From Candidatus Uhrbacteria bacterium (GTDB lineage: Bacteria > Patescibacteriota > Patescibacteriia > UBA9934 > GWF2-40-263): a stretch of 64,000 nt of DNA. Location: assembly GCA_026395055.1 (NCBI GenBank), contig JAPLZK010000002.1, positions 56,940 through 120,939 on the forward strand, read 5' to 3'. The notes beneath the pieces are model-generated. The model was not told the origin of the DNA and searched no databases. It saw nothing but the letters and a program-made list of their open reading frames with translations. Made by a program: the position numbers and the translations under genes. Positions 63,394 to 64,000 of the stretch are shown piece after piece; the stretch's first letter is position 1, and every line of letters begins with the position of its first letter.

Positions 63394-63468
63394 TGGTGCA
63401 CCGGGAGGGGATCGAACCCTCGACCAAGAGATTAAGAGTCTCCTGCTCTACCGCTGAGCTACCGATGC
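63394..63468 (-). tRNA. tRNA-Lys (CUU), CCA encoded
   Basis: Hand-folded: acceptor GCATCGG/CCGGTGC, D-arm GCTCAGCGGTAGAGC, anticodon loop CTCTTAA, T-arm GAGGGTTCGATCCCCTC. Confidence 0.9.
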
Positions 63469-63595
63469 GCATAAACTCTCAAAATTTGCGCCCAGCCAGC
63501 TTAGCCCTGTGCTTCGCGCTCGAAGGGCTGTTCGCCCATCTCGCTTGCGGTGCTCGGTCTGCGCCGACTGTGCATCAAATTTTGAGAGTTTATGC
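63469..63595 (+). repeat. tRNA-abutting long hairpin element, copy 2
   Basis: Perfect 20-nt arms gcataaactctcaaaatttg / caaattttgagagtttatgc around an 87-nt GC-rich core. Arm and core-edge sequences resemble copy 1 in the opposite orientation. Confidence 0.8.
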
Positions 63596-63697
63596 ATGCG
63601 CTTCGTATTTGCATACGGAACATACTGTGCGACAGAATAATACTGAATTGATTGACGAACGTCAATATTTGCATTATGATTCCGTCGTTCAGCATAT

Positions 63698-63774
63698 GCG
63701 GGCATAGCTCAGCTGGATAGAGCACCAGTCTTCGGAACTGGGTGTCGGGGGTTCAAATCCCTCTGCCCGCACCA
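63698..63774 (+). tRNA. tRNA-Arg (UCG), CCA encoded
   Basis: Acceptor GCGGGCA/TGCCCGC, D-arm GCTCAGCTGGATAGAGC, anticodon loop CTTCGGA, T-loop GGTTCAAATCC. Confidence 0.9.
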
Positions 63775-63898
63775 ACAACCCATCACCTTGCGTGGTGGTT
63801 TTTTGTTTGCAGGAATCATTGACATTTTGGGAAAAACCTGATAGGTTTTGCTCTGTTGAGCGGTTTCAACAGAGTTTATTATCGGAACGGAGGATAGG

Positions 63899-64000
63899 AT
63901 GGCACAAAGTAATCCACAGAATAACAATGCTCTTGTTTTTGGGGCTGCTGTAGCCGTGGCGTTTGTATTGATCCTGGTGGCCTTCGTGGCAAGTCATCCA
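63899..64000 (+). CDS. 5' part of a membrane-protein gene (runs off the window)
   Basis: ggagga RBS 4 nt upstream, promoter-like TTGACA at 63819, TM segment ALVFGAAVAVAFVLILVAFV. Confidence 0.4.
   Translation, partial: MAQSNPQNNNALVFGAAVAVAFVLILVAFVASHP

Noticed and set aside
63469-63595. 5S rRNA or retron msr/msd interpretation of the tRNA-flanking hairpin elements
   Set aside because: The elements lack the conserved 5S loops (CCGAAC, GAAGUGAAAC, GGUAGU). No adjacent reverse transcriptase is present; the only RT in the window is DGR-type and lies 3 kb away.

Overview
A 64-kb bacterial chromosomal segment using the standard code: TGA acts as a stop, and several genes overlap at ATGA. The gene content points to a small-genome Patescibacteria/CPR-like organism, which is an inference rather than something measured. 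Supporting signs are TrmB-type regulators, PilB, a short SMC, DUF559, a DGR, compact operons and an AT-rich core. The AT-rich housekeeping backbone carries smc, an nrnA-like gene, clpP, hsp20, ribE/ribH, gpsA, tsaD/tsaE, pilB, ftsH, rpsA, gyrA, rpmF, nusB, rnc and three tRNAs. It is interrupted by accessory blocks that look GC-richer by eye (not computed). (i) At 0-8.1 kb lies an array of about 17 small secreted or membrane ORFs. (ii) At 16.5-17.9 kb, four Zn-ribbon paralogs are interleaved with a NUDIX gene. (iii) The 20.8-30.4 kb block includes a four-gene operon encoding a pseudokinase-like protein, two vWA proteins and a PurA-family enzyme. (iv) At 33.5-42.3 kb, next to tRNA-Glu, is an eight-gene operon. 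It encodes a DUF1257-like protein, a DUF2997-like protein, an NrdG-type radical-SAM activase, a 904-aa AAA+ protein and four WD40 propellers that share a C-terminal tail. (v) At 58.0-60.6 kb is a diversity-generating retroelement cassette bounded by 26-bp direct repeats. Blocks i, iii and iv share 19 copies of a bipartite intergenic hairpin module that I cannot assign to any known element class. The best candidates for undescribed biology are the block-iv operon, the block-iii operon and this junction module. All functional calls come from reading motifs by eye; no searches were run.
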